The position numbers were made by a program, and so were the translations under genes. The notes below the pieces were generated by a model. That model saw only the letters and a list, made by a program, of their open reading frames with translations, was not told the origin of the DNA and ran no database searches. Of a stretch of DNA of 64,000 bases, positions 38,801-51,151 are shown piece by piece. The stretch comes from Octopus vulgaris (taxonomy: Eukaryota), in NCBI GenBank assembly GCA_951406725.2, contig OX597817.1:30442001-30506000 (forward strand), written 5' to 3'. Within the stretch, counting starts at the first letter, position 1; every line of letters begins with the position of its first letter.

Positions 38801-40890
38801 TCATAAAATCAATTAATCAACCCATAATATATCCTTCACTTATTTAATAATTTATCTTTTGCTCAGAGCTGATTATGTTTGAATTCTAACTACACATTTG
38901 TTAATAAGATTTTTAGATATAGGTCGTGTATTTTTATTCTTTTACTAGACGGTAGTATAAACTTTCAGTCTGATACTTATTTCAGTTTGTTGCTTGACAT
39001 GAAGAGACATCATATTTTAGATCTCAAACTTAAACACACAAGTTTCTGCACACTTTCTGTCTTCCAAATTCCATTCACAATGTATTGAACAACCAGATTT
39101 TATACTAAAAGATAGACGCCAATTATACTTCACGGATGGACCGAACACAAAACTAATTAGTTGTGATGCGAACTCCTAATTCTACGGCCACACCTGCGCC
39201 TGTAATTTATAAGAGTACTATACAAACATTAATGATATAATTCTTGACGAAGATAGATCTAATTCAAGGAACATGAATTCTACACTGCTATGAAACGTTT
39301 ACTCTGCAACGGATTTTAGAATTCACGGTTGATCAGATCCAAATTTCTATTGCATTATGTTTCAATTTAATAACCTGTTATTACAATTATTCATGCTTTT
39401 AAACGAATCTGTTAAACGAAGATTATAACTGAAGAAAATCACTTTCTGCAAAACAACCAGTGTTAATTCACTTCTCACAATGTTTCTTACAATTCATGTA
39501 CTTTAAAAAATAGCACTGAAGATACACAGTGTGAAGTAAATGTACATTGACTAGTTTGGTGTGCTAAACAATTTTCTTGAATGCAGTAAGAAATCTGGAA
39601 AACTTAATTAATATTACAATAGAATTGTCAATATTTCATGAAACTTTCTAAGTGAGAATAGTCTACAATATAAGTTGACAAGAAAGAAAATGGATAAGCA
39701 TTTGCTTTTATTGATCTCTTATCGATAAGATTTTGAGTTTAATTGAAATGAATCATTCTGAGATAATGGTAATGTTTCCTTCAGCTAACACAGTAATTAT
39801 TATTCTTTTCACTGCCCAGAATACAGAAAGCATTCATCAATGCCTTCACACACGCACGCGCGCGCGCGCAAACACACACGCACAAACATACTCACATACA
39901 AATGCACAACGTGCACGCACACTCACACACACATATGTGCAGCTTAAAAGGAATGCATATGTCTTTACATGTGTGATTGTTCCATGGTGTAGTTCACACA
40001 GTTTTGTACTTCTGTAGCTGAGGGGCATATCGTTTCAATGGGGTCGTAGGATTTCCTTAAAATTTGCTAAGAATGTTGAATAAACCCCAGGCATTGCAAT
40101 AGACATTGAAAAATATGCTGATTAGAAAAATAATTCATTTCAAGTAATTATGTAAGTTAGACCTGTCTTTTGTTTAGAAAAAGTATGTTTTCTCAGAAAA
40201 TAAAAAAACAATGTAAAAAGGATTTTTTAGGTCCTGTACCATTTTCACACATTTTAATTACTTTAAATTAAACCATCTTCTGAATTATTTAATTATCGCA
40301 ATTTTGGATGAATCAACATTCCTTGACCAATTGAAGACTGTCAGTATCTTTTTAAGCTCTTTAAAGCAATTTATTCTAAATATATTGAATTCAGTGATCG
40401 TCCTCGTTTTAGTTATAGTATATCCGTTAGGCAGTTAATGAGAGGAATTCCTCAGTTGTATTAAATTGGATTTCGATCTGTTGGTTGTTGCTGTCTGGTG
40501 GCTTACTTTTTTATATTTCTTATTTTTGAGTGGTGAAGATGCTTTGCAGGGATTATGCAAGTTCTTGGGTTATTTCTGTTCCTTGGACGAGTGAGTAATC
40601 GGATTAGGTATAATTCTATTATACTGCATGCAAATGTTCGACTTGCTGTAATAAGGCGAATATGAAGCATATGTATATATATATATATATACACACACAT
40701 GATATGTACGTATGCATGTATCTCTCTCTCTCTCTCTTTCTCTGTATGTATGTATGTATGTATGCGTGTATGTGTGTGTGTATGTGTATATCTTATTGAA
40801 AATTATATGACTGGCTTTTCTGAATTATTTATCTTTGTGCATTTGTGCTTTAATTATGCAAACTGCCCAAAGTCATAAATGGTATCTACT

Positions 40891-40934
<44 letters not shown>

Positions 40935-41239
40935 ATCACGTGACCGACAGGACCATCAAATGTTGTTACACATCGCTGGTCACAATGTGTTCGCATTGTT
41001 TTAGCCTTCGAAAGACGCCACCCCGCTGGCTAAGCGAGCAGGCCAATATATATATATACATATATATACATATATATATGTATATATATATATATATGCA
41101 CAAAATTAAGAGGAATAGTCATTCCTCTTAATTTTGTATGTAATATAATTTTAAATCTTCGGATTTTTTTAAACATGCTAAACCACTGGTTTTAATTGAT
41201 TAATATCAATTTCTACTCTCATACTTAATTTATATATAC

Positions 41240-41431
41240 AGAGTCTGGACAGATTTCTTCAAGGAATACCAGATAAGCCACCCATACCTGGGTACAACTC
41301 ATTCAACAAGAATTCACTACTTGAATGGACCATAAACAAAACTTGACTTAAAAAGGATTTAGACGATCCTATCAGGTGGTGCTATTAAGTTAGACATAGC
41401 CTGGACCAATCTTTGGTCGAAGCATATCTAA

Positions 41432-41432
<1 letters not shown>
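41240..41432 (+). mobile_element. Non-LTR retrotransposon 3' end next to (TA)n
   Basis: LDRFLQGIPDKPPIPGY...NSLLEW then stop, a LINE-like C-terminus. Confidence 0.55.
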
Positions 41433-41516
<84 letters not shown>

Positions 41517-41521
41517 GTATA

Positions 41522-41770
41522 CCATACTAATCATATCTGTCGGGCATGTGGAAGAGAGTGTAATTCGGCAGGAAGACTTAAACGACATGCAAAGGTACAT
41601 GAAGCCCAGTTACAACTACAGCCGGCTATTACCAGTAAAGGTTTTAGTTGCCAATTTTGTATAAGACATTGTAGATCTTTAGCTGGGCTAAAAAGTCACA
41701 TTCGATCACAGCACCAATAACAGTTAAGCTTCGTGCAATGGCCATACTCGATAACGAGGGGGCAGCCATA
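41522..41770 (+). mobile_element. RTE-like 3' fragment encoding two C2H2 fingers, in (TATG)n
   Basis: CRACGRECNSAGRLKRHAKVH and CQFCIRHCRSLAGLKSHIRSQH, then stop, short UTR and microsatellite tail. No TGEKP linker. Confidence 0.6.
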
Positions 41771-42256
41771 ATGTATGTATGTATGTATGTATGCATGTAT
41801 GTATTTATGTACACGCTTAATTTTCTTGTCTGATAGGAGGCATCATAGGACAGTACTACGCTGATATCACCCATTGCGGAATAAACATGCATTAATTTCT
41901 TTCCTCCTTTAGCAAAAGATACAAAATAGATTGACTTATTTTTAATGAGATGTTTATCCAAGATATTGATTTTTAACCACTAGAGATTATCTCTTTCTTC
42001 TTATTTGGAGTCAGTTACAATTACCATTAGGTGTATGTTTACCCTCTCTCAAGGCGAGGTACTTTCAATAAATCAAGAATTTATCTTGTATAATAGCTAC
42101 TATAGTTATGTTTCGTCTCGGTAGTCCAAAATTATGCTACAACCAATCTGAATTATTTCTTTTTCCTTGAACTGTAATGAGGTATTTTTGATTCATTCTT
42201 GCATGTATGTATGTGTGCATAGATACATTTCTTTCTCTCAGGGATGAAACAAGATG

Positions 42257-42299
<43 letters not shown>

Positions 42300-44199
42300 T
42301 CTTGTTTCGTCCATCACCTTAATCAGGGACTTTCTGATCGGGATGGGCAAGTCGGCCTCAGGAAAATTCTACCTGGACCCCACCTGCAAGCTCATGCACT
42401 ATTTATCTTGATATTAGATCACTAAGTTACGCAGATATGGTTGCTGTGCACAATACTTTTAATAAAAAACACGTGTCTCACTTTTCACATCTGACATCCT
42501 TCAAAATAGAGACTTTTTGATGATATTGCTCAAAAAATTATTCTAAAAAGTTAATTAATTTACAGCTATGGCAATATAGCTGTGAATAGAGGAAACGGAG
42601 ATTGAAGTACCTCAAGTATAAAATGCAAATATTTGGCTATACACGGGAAAATCTCTTTTTAAGCTTCTCACAAATATATGTGCATGCCTAGGTGTTGTGC
42701 GCGCGCACGTGTGTGTGTATTTACATATTGGTATATGCATTGCTTTGCGGTACATATAATAGTTCAAATTTTATTGCAGGCCTTATTTGCGCTAGATCAG
42801 GTTTCAGTTTTCGTAGAAAGTACTGGACGAAATGTTTACAGATAAACAACTATTTTTTTATGCATTTTACTTGGAATGTGATACATTTTACTTGGAATGG
42901 ATTTTTCCCCATTCAACTACTTACTTTTGTATGTATGCATTAAAAGTTAAACTGTATATATGCCCCATGCCAAAATTTAATTTAATACAGTGATTTATAT
43001 AAAAAGACAACAGATGACAGCTAAATAACACGACGATAGGATTTTTTTCTCTTTTCTACAGTCTTAATTTGAATGTCATAATTTATTTTATATTGTAACA
43101 AATTTGAGGTTTAGAATGTTCTATTTATATTGACAATATTAGAAGGCATAAATCAAAAGACTTGACAGAATCCAAACATGCATTTATAGATGAATCAATC
43201 ATAAGCATTCGCACATATCTAACACCCGTTCCTTAAAAATTTTTCCGTGAATAATACGAAATTTGTTAAATGAAAGAATTAAATGATGATATAAAATTTA
43301 ATGTCAAAATATTACAAATAGATTTAGAAGATATCTTATGTAATTATTTGGCAAAAGAAAACGGAAAACAGAATTGTATCAATGAAATGCAGTTACACAT
43401 AGAATCACAGTTAAGACCATCGTAAATATTACAACTTTTTAGTCTTGATACGTCCAAAGATTTCACTAAAAGCAGCCTCTCAAGGATTAAGACTTGAGAT
43501 CTCAGCAGTTTATTAACGTATGTAACTCGAAAGAGCACCTCCATTCTCATATCTACTAAGCGAGACGAAGAGGCTGCTGCCCATTAACACATTCTACATT
43601 GCAACAACTGCACAAATGCAATTATATTAATTTGGAAGCACTTCCTTGTGAACGAATTAAGGACACAAGGCAAAGGACATATTATATCTTGATTCAATCG
43701 TTTCTAATGCTGTTTTAAAGATATTTCCTTTTCTGGAATACCTAGCTCTGCACCACCTCCTCAGCCAAGCCATCTTAACTGATTCATTCATTTATCTTCC
43801 GTTTGTCATCTCCACTTCATTTCATAAATCATATTTCACTCAGACATTTATCTCCAATCCCAGTCCTTTAAGCCAGTCGTTCTTCACATCTTTTGATCAT
43901 GCCTCGCCGGTGACTCCTCAAATAATTTATACTTTCTCCATTATTAACATAAAAACAAATTTCGTATCACAAAGTTATAATTTTAAATTCCAACAATGAG
44001 TGCATTCAAGAAGAGTTATATCAAATATGAATAAAAAAAACAACAACTTGAGACTGAAAATAATATATTATTTCCTTAAATGGAAAGTTTTAGTTCAAAA
44101 GTTACAATTTATATTTATATAAACAAGCAATTTAATCAATAATGCCACTTAAATTTTATGATATTTGGTAAATATACATCAAATTCAAAGTTCGGTAAT

Positions 44200-44830
44200 T
44201 TCTAGTTAGTGAGATCCTTGAGTTTGATGTTTATTAGAAATGTTTTTGATTTCAGGCACTACCTTAGCTTCAGTCATTAAGTCTTCTCACATTTACGCAT
44301 ACTTTTTTCTATAGTTACTTACATCACTAAAACGGTATTCCACTAAATATAAAGATTAGAATGGCAACAGTATCTCTCTCTTGACAAACAAGTTAAATTT
44401 AGTATTTAGTCTAGGTCTTATACCTGAGATATATCAGCGTTCTTTTTGCTTTAAATATATTTTTAACACATTCAATTCATCGTTCTGTATTTCAGAACAC
44501 CTTTCTTGATATTTCATGCCCACTTCAGAAAAGTTCACTAGTAATGAATGAGTTGAATGCTTTTAATTTGGAAAATCTGTTATTCAAATCACAGGTCAGT
44601 ATTTTCAAATGGTCCTCTATGAAAGCAAAAGTATCATTTATTTCGTTGTACTTATTTAACCAATAAAATTGAATGTATACATTTCTTCACAGAAACATTC
44701 TTGTAACATAATCCCAGAAATACAAAAAACAAAAACACATTGCTTTGTCTTTAAACCATTGAGAATCAAATTCACTTCTTGACGCTATTTTTTCTATATA
44801 TTCGATTTTAGTAAAACATTTTCTAAATAA
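44200..44830 (-). pseudogene. hAT (Buster/Charlie-like) transposase C-terminal remnant
   Basis: DHLKILTCDLNNRFSKL, YQERCSEIQND, LLPF.SLYLVEYRFS and PEIKNISNKHQTQGSH stop. Confidence 0.7.
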
Positions 44831-46130
44831 CACTCTAAGTTTTTATCATCAACAATTTACAGGAGTTTCTTTTCAGGATTGTCTTATACAACGGCGGTGC
44901 ATCAGCAAGGCCGCAGCTCTGAGCTGAAACTAGAGTGAAAAAAAATACAAATTTCACTAAGAATACCAAATAGTCCCGAAGATCTGTCTTTAAGCAACTG
45001 CACTGTGACACTCACCTAACGTAAGTGGAGAGCAGTAATCATATATGGTTCTGCGTTCTTATCCGCGCTAAATTGTCTGATTGTTTTGATAAATTATAAA
45101 TTATATTACTGATTTCAATATCATTTGAAATCAATGACTGATGCACAAGAATCAATTTAGGGTTGTAATCCTTCATTAATATGAAACCGTCATTTTTTAT
45201 CACTCATCTTTATATGCATACACACGCACATACGTACGTGTGTATATATGTAAATGAAAAATATATAAATGCGTGTAGCGTGGATTTAGACATAAATGAT
45301 TTGAAAGCAAAACTTGCTGGCTGATCAAGTCCGACACATAAAACAATATTAAAAAAAGCAATATAAAAAAAACATGCAAGATTATCGTTTATTGTCAAGA
45401 CAAGTAATCTAGGAAACAAAAAAATTCGTGTTTTTACACCCCGGGAAAAAATAGATATAAAACTCGTAGCATTAATATGATGCCACTTTTAAATAAGACT
45501 TCAAACAGAAAATACCAGAAATTTCAGATGCATATGCACCAAAGACAAAAACAAATTCCTGTACTTAATACGAAACACTGAATGTACTCACAGTTGCAAA
45601 ATACTGACAATATTGCCTGGGTAGAACAGTATTTACATTCTCCACGAACAAAGCACTAGATAAAGAAATCTACAGGTGAAAAACAGTAGTCAACGAACGG
45701 TATTTTATCGAGCTAAAAGACTTGGCCAGCAGAGCAATACAGACGGTAATACAGTGTAATAAATAGGTAAGGGACTGCATTCATTGAAAATAAGCTTAAA
45801 ATGTATATAAAGGGTTTTATATTAAAACTCTTCAATAGTTAAACACAACAAATTTATAAAACAGGACAAAATGGAATACTCCAAAGGTAAATTCCATGTA
45901 TCGTTGTTTTTATCATCATTATTATTGTTCTTGTTACCATGTACTAAAAGAACATTATAATCAAAAGTCTTATAAGCAATCTCTAAGCCTCTAAACCGCA
46001 AACATGCTACTAATGAATAATTTGATATACTAATACACACAGACAAATACACAGAATATTGTATTAAGTTGACAAATATAACAGTTAAAGTTATATTTAT
46101 TGGCTTGGAAGTTGCACATACACACCTGCA

Positions 46131-46235
46131 CATTGGTTTACAATTATGTTTTCCTTTGACACATTCTACCAGTATACGAAGTTTCAAATTGTTTAGTTAA
46201 CTAGGAAAATCTGGCCTTCAAAATGAAAAGATCCC
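46131..46235. mobile_element. Right end of a relative of the 17951-18837 MITE
   Basis: tttgacacattctaccagtatacgaagtttcaaattgttt is identical to ~18748-18787, and the segment ends gaaaagatcc. Confidence 0.75.
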
Positions 46236-47047
46236 ATATATATTTGTGTGTGTGTAAGAAGTTATGTGCTTTCGGTCATTTGAGGAGTTGGTGTACGACG
46301 GCTAAGCACTTCAAAGGTGCGAAACTCTCTCACAGGCCATAACCATCAACTTCCTAATATATACGTGTGTGTGTGTGTGCACATACATGCCTACACACAT
46401 GCGTACACGTGCACATGTGTATGAATGTATGTAAGCGTCAACTCCGTAAATTTCAAGGCCCCTGCTCTTATACTGGCCACGCAACTAAACTACTATACTT
46501 TACGAAGCGTCTACAACAACGAGCAACTTATAATGTACTACATGATACATTACAAACAAAACTAGATAGGAAAACATTAATAGCCAATACATTATCCTGT
46601 ACTGAATCCCCCTCAAATATAGACAATTATTACTGGCAAAAATACTCATGAAACAGCACAGTACTAAAATTAACACGCGGATGATCTATACAAATCATAA
46701 ACTAAAATAAACATCTCGGTAATGACGTATGAATTAGCGGTAAAAAGAAAATCAAATTCCGATTGTACTTTAAACAACAATATTATTCCTCTAGCTAGTA
46801 TAAGGCTGGAACAGAAGAGACCAACAACACTAACCTAAAGATAAGTATGTGTGAAAGACTAGAAACATTAACTGTGGTTTTGCTAATGTTACTGTTCCAA
46901 ATTAACAGCAAGAATTTCATAGGGAAATAAAAAAAATAATAAACCTTAGTAATCTTGATAAAATGATAAAATAAAAATACAACCGTATTAATACTACATG
47001 TATAAAATGAGCTCTACCTCGAACTATATATACATACACACATATAC

Positions 47048-47101
<54 letters not shown>

Positions 47102-47260
47102 TTATGTATGTTTATATATATGTTTATGTATATATATATATATGCCTATGTATGTTTATATATATGTGTGTGTATATGTGCGTACATAACGTTTTTGTTG
47201 GGTTTTTTGGGGGAAAAATAATTCAAGAGACGAAGTACGCTCTAAGAAGTAGAGCAGTGA

Positions 47261-47381
47261 ATATTTATTACTGGTGAAGGCCGCTTTATAGGGTTAGCCT
47301 GGGTTTCTCGCCATAAAGGGTACCTTTATGGCGAGAAACTCTGGATAGCCCTATAAACCGGCATTCATCAGTAATAAATAT
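47261..47381. repeat. ~120-bp palindrome abutting (TA)n
   Basis: Core gtttctcgccataaagg-gta-cctttatggcgagaaac. The arms extend to atatttattactg / cagtaataaatat. Confidence 0.9.
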
Positions 47382-49084
47382 ATATGTACATATATATATG
47401 TATGCACTGTCAATACAGTATTTCACTTCTTTTGGCTCAGTATAAATAAACAAGTAAGCACACATAAGGAGCAGAACCCTTACTGCGAACGCACATTCAC
47501 TCATACACGTAATACGTATACAAACGTACTACACACACGTGCATACGCATACAGACAAGCTACAAACATACGAGCATATGTGTATGTGTGTTCTTTTTTA
47601 TTTTATTATTTTAATCGTTTACGTTGTAGGACTATGTTTTTGCTGGAACTGCGGGTTAAATGTGTATGCATGCATGCATGTATGTATTACGTATCTGAGT
47701 GTATGTATGTGTATCAATGGTTCAGCTCTTTATTTTTACCTGTTTATTGGATATTGCGTTGAAAGTAGTGAAATACTATGTTGTATGTATGTGAGAGTGT
47801 CGTAGTGGAATAGATGAGTTGGCTATATTTTCATGAAGATCGGTTCGTCCAAGGTCTGGTAAGTATAAGATTGTTTTTCAGAAGAGGGCTAATTAGACTG
47901 CACACAAAAGAAATTGTCACATAATTCAGACGAGATCGAACTCACTCCTTACAGTATACTCACATTCAATGACTTCAATGAATTTTAATTTCGGAGTTAT
48001 TTCCATCGCTTTTGAGTAAAATTATCATTACCGCTAATGATTTTTATATTTTCAATATAACTCGTTCTTTTTCTTTTGCTTCACTGAACTAAATATCATA
48101 GTCTCCATTTAAATAATGTTATTATGTGTTTGTATGTCTCTGTATGAGAGTTTGATAAATAAATTATCAATATCTCCTTGAAAGTATTTTTAGATATATT
48201 ATTTCGAAATCACAAAAATGTGTGAGATGTAATATCCAGTGTGACCAAATTTAAAGATTAAATTCTATATTGATATCCAGCAAGGCAAATAATGTTATGG
48301 TACCAAGGATATTTCTTTAAGTAATCTACGTTTTCGGCTGTTTGCAACACATGCTCACTTGATGTCTTCCACGTTTTACCATTTTAACTATAAATTCTCC
48401 AAATTCTATAGCTAATGACTGGACACTTTCAGCTACAGGATTGCTGGCTACATTATGAATGATTTAATTATTGTAACAGCTGTTGTCAATGTGTTAACAC
48501 GTTCAGGTCTGCAGCTGCTGGCATCACTGTTAATGGATACTTTATATTTAACAATTCTGACCATATATCCTGTTGAGGAGTAGTAATGGTGACCCTGGTC
48601 GATTAAAAGTAGGCACCTAATTCAATAATATATAATAACCAGTCTAGTTCCTCCGTCTCTGTTCTCTCTCTATACTACGATATATATATACACGAACGAA
48701 TGCATATATCAAAAGGATGTGTTATAATACTATTCCACACACACATATATATGTATGTATACACATTACCAGTCAGTGTTGTGAAAGGAAAACGAATTGA
48801 GAAATAGTGACCTTCAATAGCTTTCTCAATATGATAGAAAACAGGTCAAACTGAAAAGCAAAAATATATTGCATACTTGTTTTGCTGTAAATATTTTAGG
48901 AAAAAAACAATGTAGTTTTCAATTTTGGAATTTCTTATTAGTGTGTCTATCTAGCAATTATTGATTGGTCAGACCCACACTTGTTTCACCTACTTATATC
49001 TACGTGTAAACGTGAGCTTTTCGAAAATCAGTTGGAAAAAAAAAACAAATACTTCTATCGTATTTCTATATCTACCGGTGTAAC

Positions 49085-49320
49085 CACGCGAAGCATAACT
49101 GGTTTCAGTCCTTTCCATTCATACCGTTATGTTCCACGCCAAAATTAAATTAGCTGGAGTGTACATCCCATATTATGAACAAAGCCAAATATAATGAATT
49201 GAAAAACTTTGATTAATTAGATTATGTAAGCAATTATTAATCAAAAACTCGCTGAGAGTTTAGAAGCTAAAATCAGCAACAAAGGGAGATCACGGAAATC
49301 GATGAATCGAAATTTTTGTA
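49085..49320 (+). pseudogene. Possible Merlin/IS1595-type transposase remnant
   Basis: KHNWFQS, then KISNKG and (frameshift) EITEIDESKF, resembling the KIGG.G.VEIDESKF motif at the first catalytic Asp. Confidence 0.4.
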
Positions 49321-49675
49321 CGATATAGATAAAAAAAAAGGTTGAAGTGGATCTGGTTTTTAAACCAACAGATAGAAATAACAGACATATTTTGATCTTC
49401 TTAAACCTTTTCAGCGAAGTGTATTTTAATCAATTTGCAGGACTATGACCAATCAATATATACATGTGTGTGTGTGTGAATGAGGGTAGAACCAGAAGGA
49501 GGGCAATGACGTTAATTATGAAAATCAACCGTATGGGCAGAAGGAAAACACCCCAGGCAAGCATTCTGTATACTAAGTACAAATATGGTAGGATCCCAAT
49601 AATGTAATTATGTGAGCTGCATTGCTTATATGGAGTATTTTTACTCAACCGTATCGATTGATATAATCAGCGTCA

Positions 49676-49676
<1 letters not shown>

Positions 49677-49762
<86 letters not shown>

Positions 49763-49952
49763 TACATACATACATACATACATACATACATACATACATA
49801 CATACATACATACATACATACATACATACATACATACATACATACATACATACATACATACATACATACATACATACATACATACATACATACATACATA
49901 CATGCATACATACATACATACATACATACATACATACATACATACATACATA
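49677..49952. repeat. (TACA)n/(CA)n microsatellite
   Basis: Seen directly. Confidence 0.95.
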
Positions 49953-50311
49953 ACAAACCGACACAATAAAATTCCATGACAAAAAATCGACCTCTTAAAT
50001 TATCAATTTGAACCATGCCAGAAAATGACTGTTTTCTACAACTGGGTAGCATACAACAGGCCAAACAATACAATCCAATTTCAACCATCTCAGAAAATTA
50101 CCTCTTTCTCTCTTTCTTTTTTTTTCTTTTCATCTTTCTCTCTTTCCATTTTCCTTTTTGCTCTTTGACCACACACGCATACTTAGATACGCGTACAAAC
50201 ATTCTCATACACACACACACACATATACACAGATACCCATAGATTCAAAATTACATAAAAAAACATTCTCGTCCCAATTCAGCCCCAGATTTTTTTCTAC
50301 TAACTCACATA

Positions 50312-50670
50312 TGGAAGCACTCCGTCGGTTACGACGACGAGGGTTCCGGTTGATCCGAATCAACGGAACAGCCTGCTCGTGAAATTAACGTGTAAGTGGC
50401 TGAGCACTCCACAGACACATGTACCCTTCTCGGGGATATTCAGCGTGACACAGAGAGTGACAAGGCCGGCCCTTTGAAATACAGGTACAACAGAAACAGG
50501 AAGTAAGAGTGAGAGAAAGTTATGGTGAACGAGTACAGCAGGGATCACCACCATCCCCTGCCGGAGCCTCGTGGAGCTTTAGGTGTTTTCGCTCAATAAA
50601 CACTCACGACGCCCGGTCTGGGAATCGAAACCGCGAGCCGCTACCCTAACCACTAGGCCATTGCGCCTCA
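50312..50670 (-). mobile_element. SINE head B + tail 2
   Basis: Reverse complement of 57840-58223. Flanked by aactcacatat. Confidence 0.88.
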
Positions 50671-50885
50671 ACTCACATATATAACAAAAGCATAAATTTT
50701 CTGTAAAAAAATCATTCCTGATGAATATCTGGATGAATATCATTTGCTGCTGAGGTCGACTTGGTCTTATATCCTCTAGAAGTCGGTGGAATAAGTACCA
50801 TTTAAATACTTGAGTCGATGTAATCGACTAAACCCCTCTCCGAAAAATTATTTATCAAGGTCTCGTTGAAAGTAGTTTTAGATAC

Positions 50886-51151
50886 TCTGTTGCGTCTGGG
50901 GAGAGTCATTTTCTTTTTGTCCTTTATAATTTAACACACTCACCGGTAAAATTTCCACTTATTTCTTATTTTTATTTTCCTAAAATTTTCGTTGCATCTT
51001 GCAACTTTTTCAATAGTCTTGACTACTGAAAAGTTTGCAAGACACAACGAAAATTTTAGGAAAATAAAAATAAGAAATAAGTGGAATTCATACCGGTGAG
51101 TGTGTTAAATTATAAGGCACAAAAAGAAAATGACTCTCCCCAGACAACAGA
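50886..51151. repeat. ~265-bp palindrome, probable Penelope-like inverted terminal repeats
   Basis: The arms match across the centre tagtc-tt-gacta. Each arm carries a hammerhead-like motif. Confidence 0.85.

Noticed and set aside
41511-41720. Exon of a host C2H2 zinc-finger gene
   Set aside because: No TGEKP linkers or splice acceptor. It is flanked by (TATG)n and followed by a short UTR, which fits an RTE C-terminus better.
48290-48545. Mariner transposase N-terminus on the minus strand (SCRP, LVP.H)
   Set aside because: Similarity is too weak and fragmented to support without a search.
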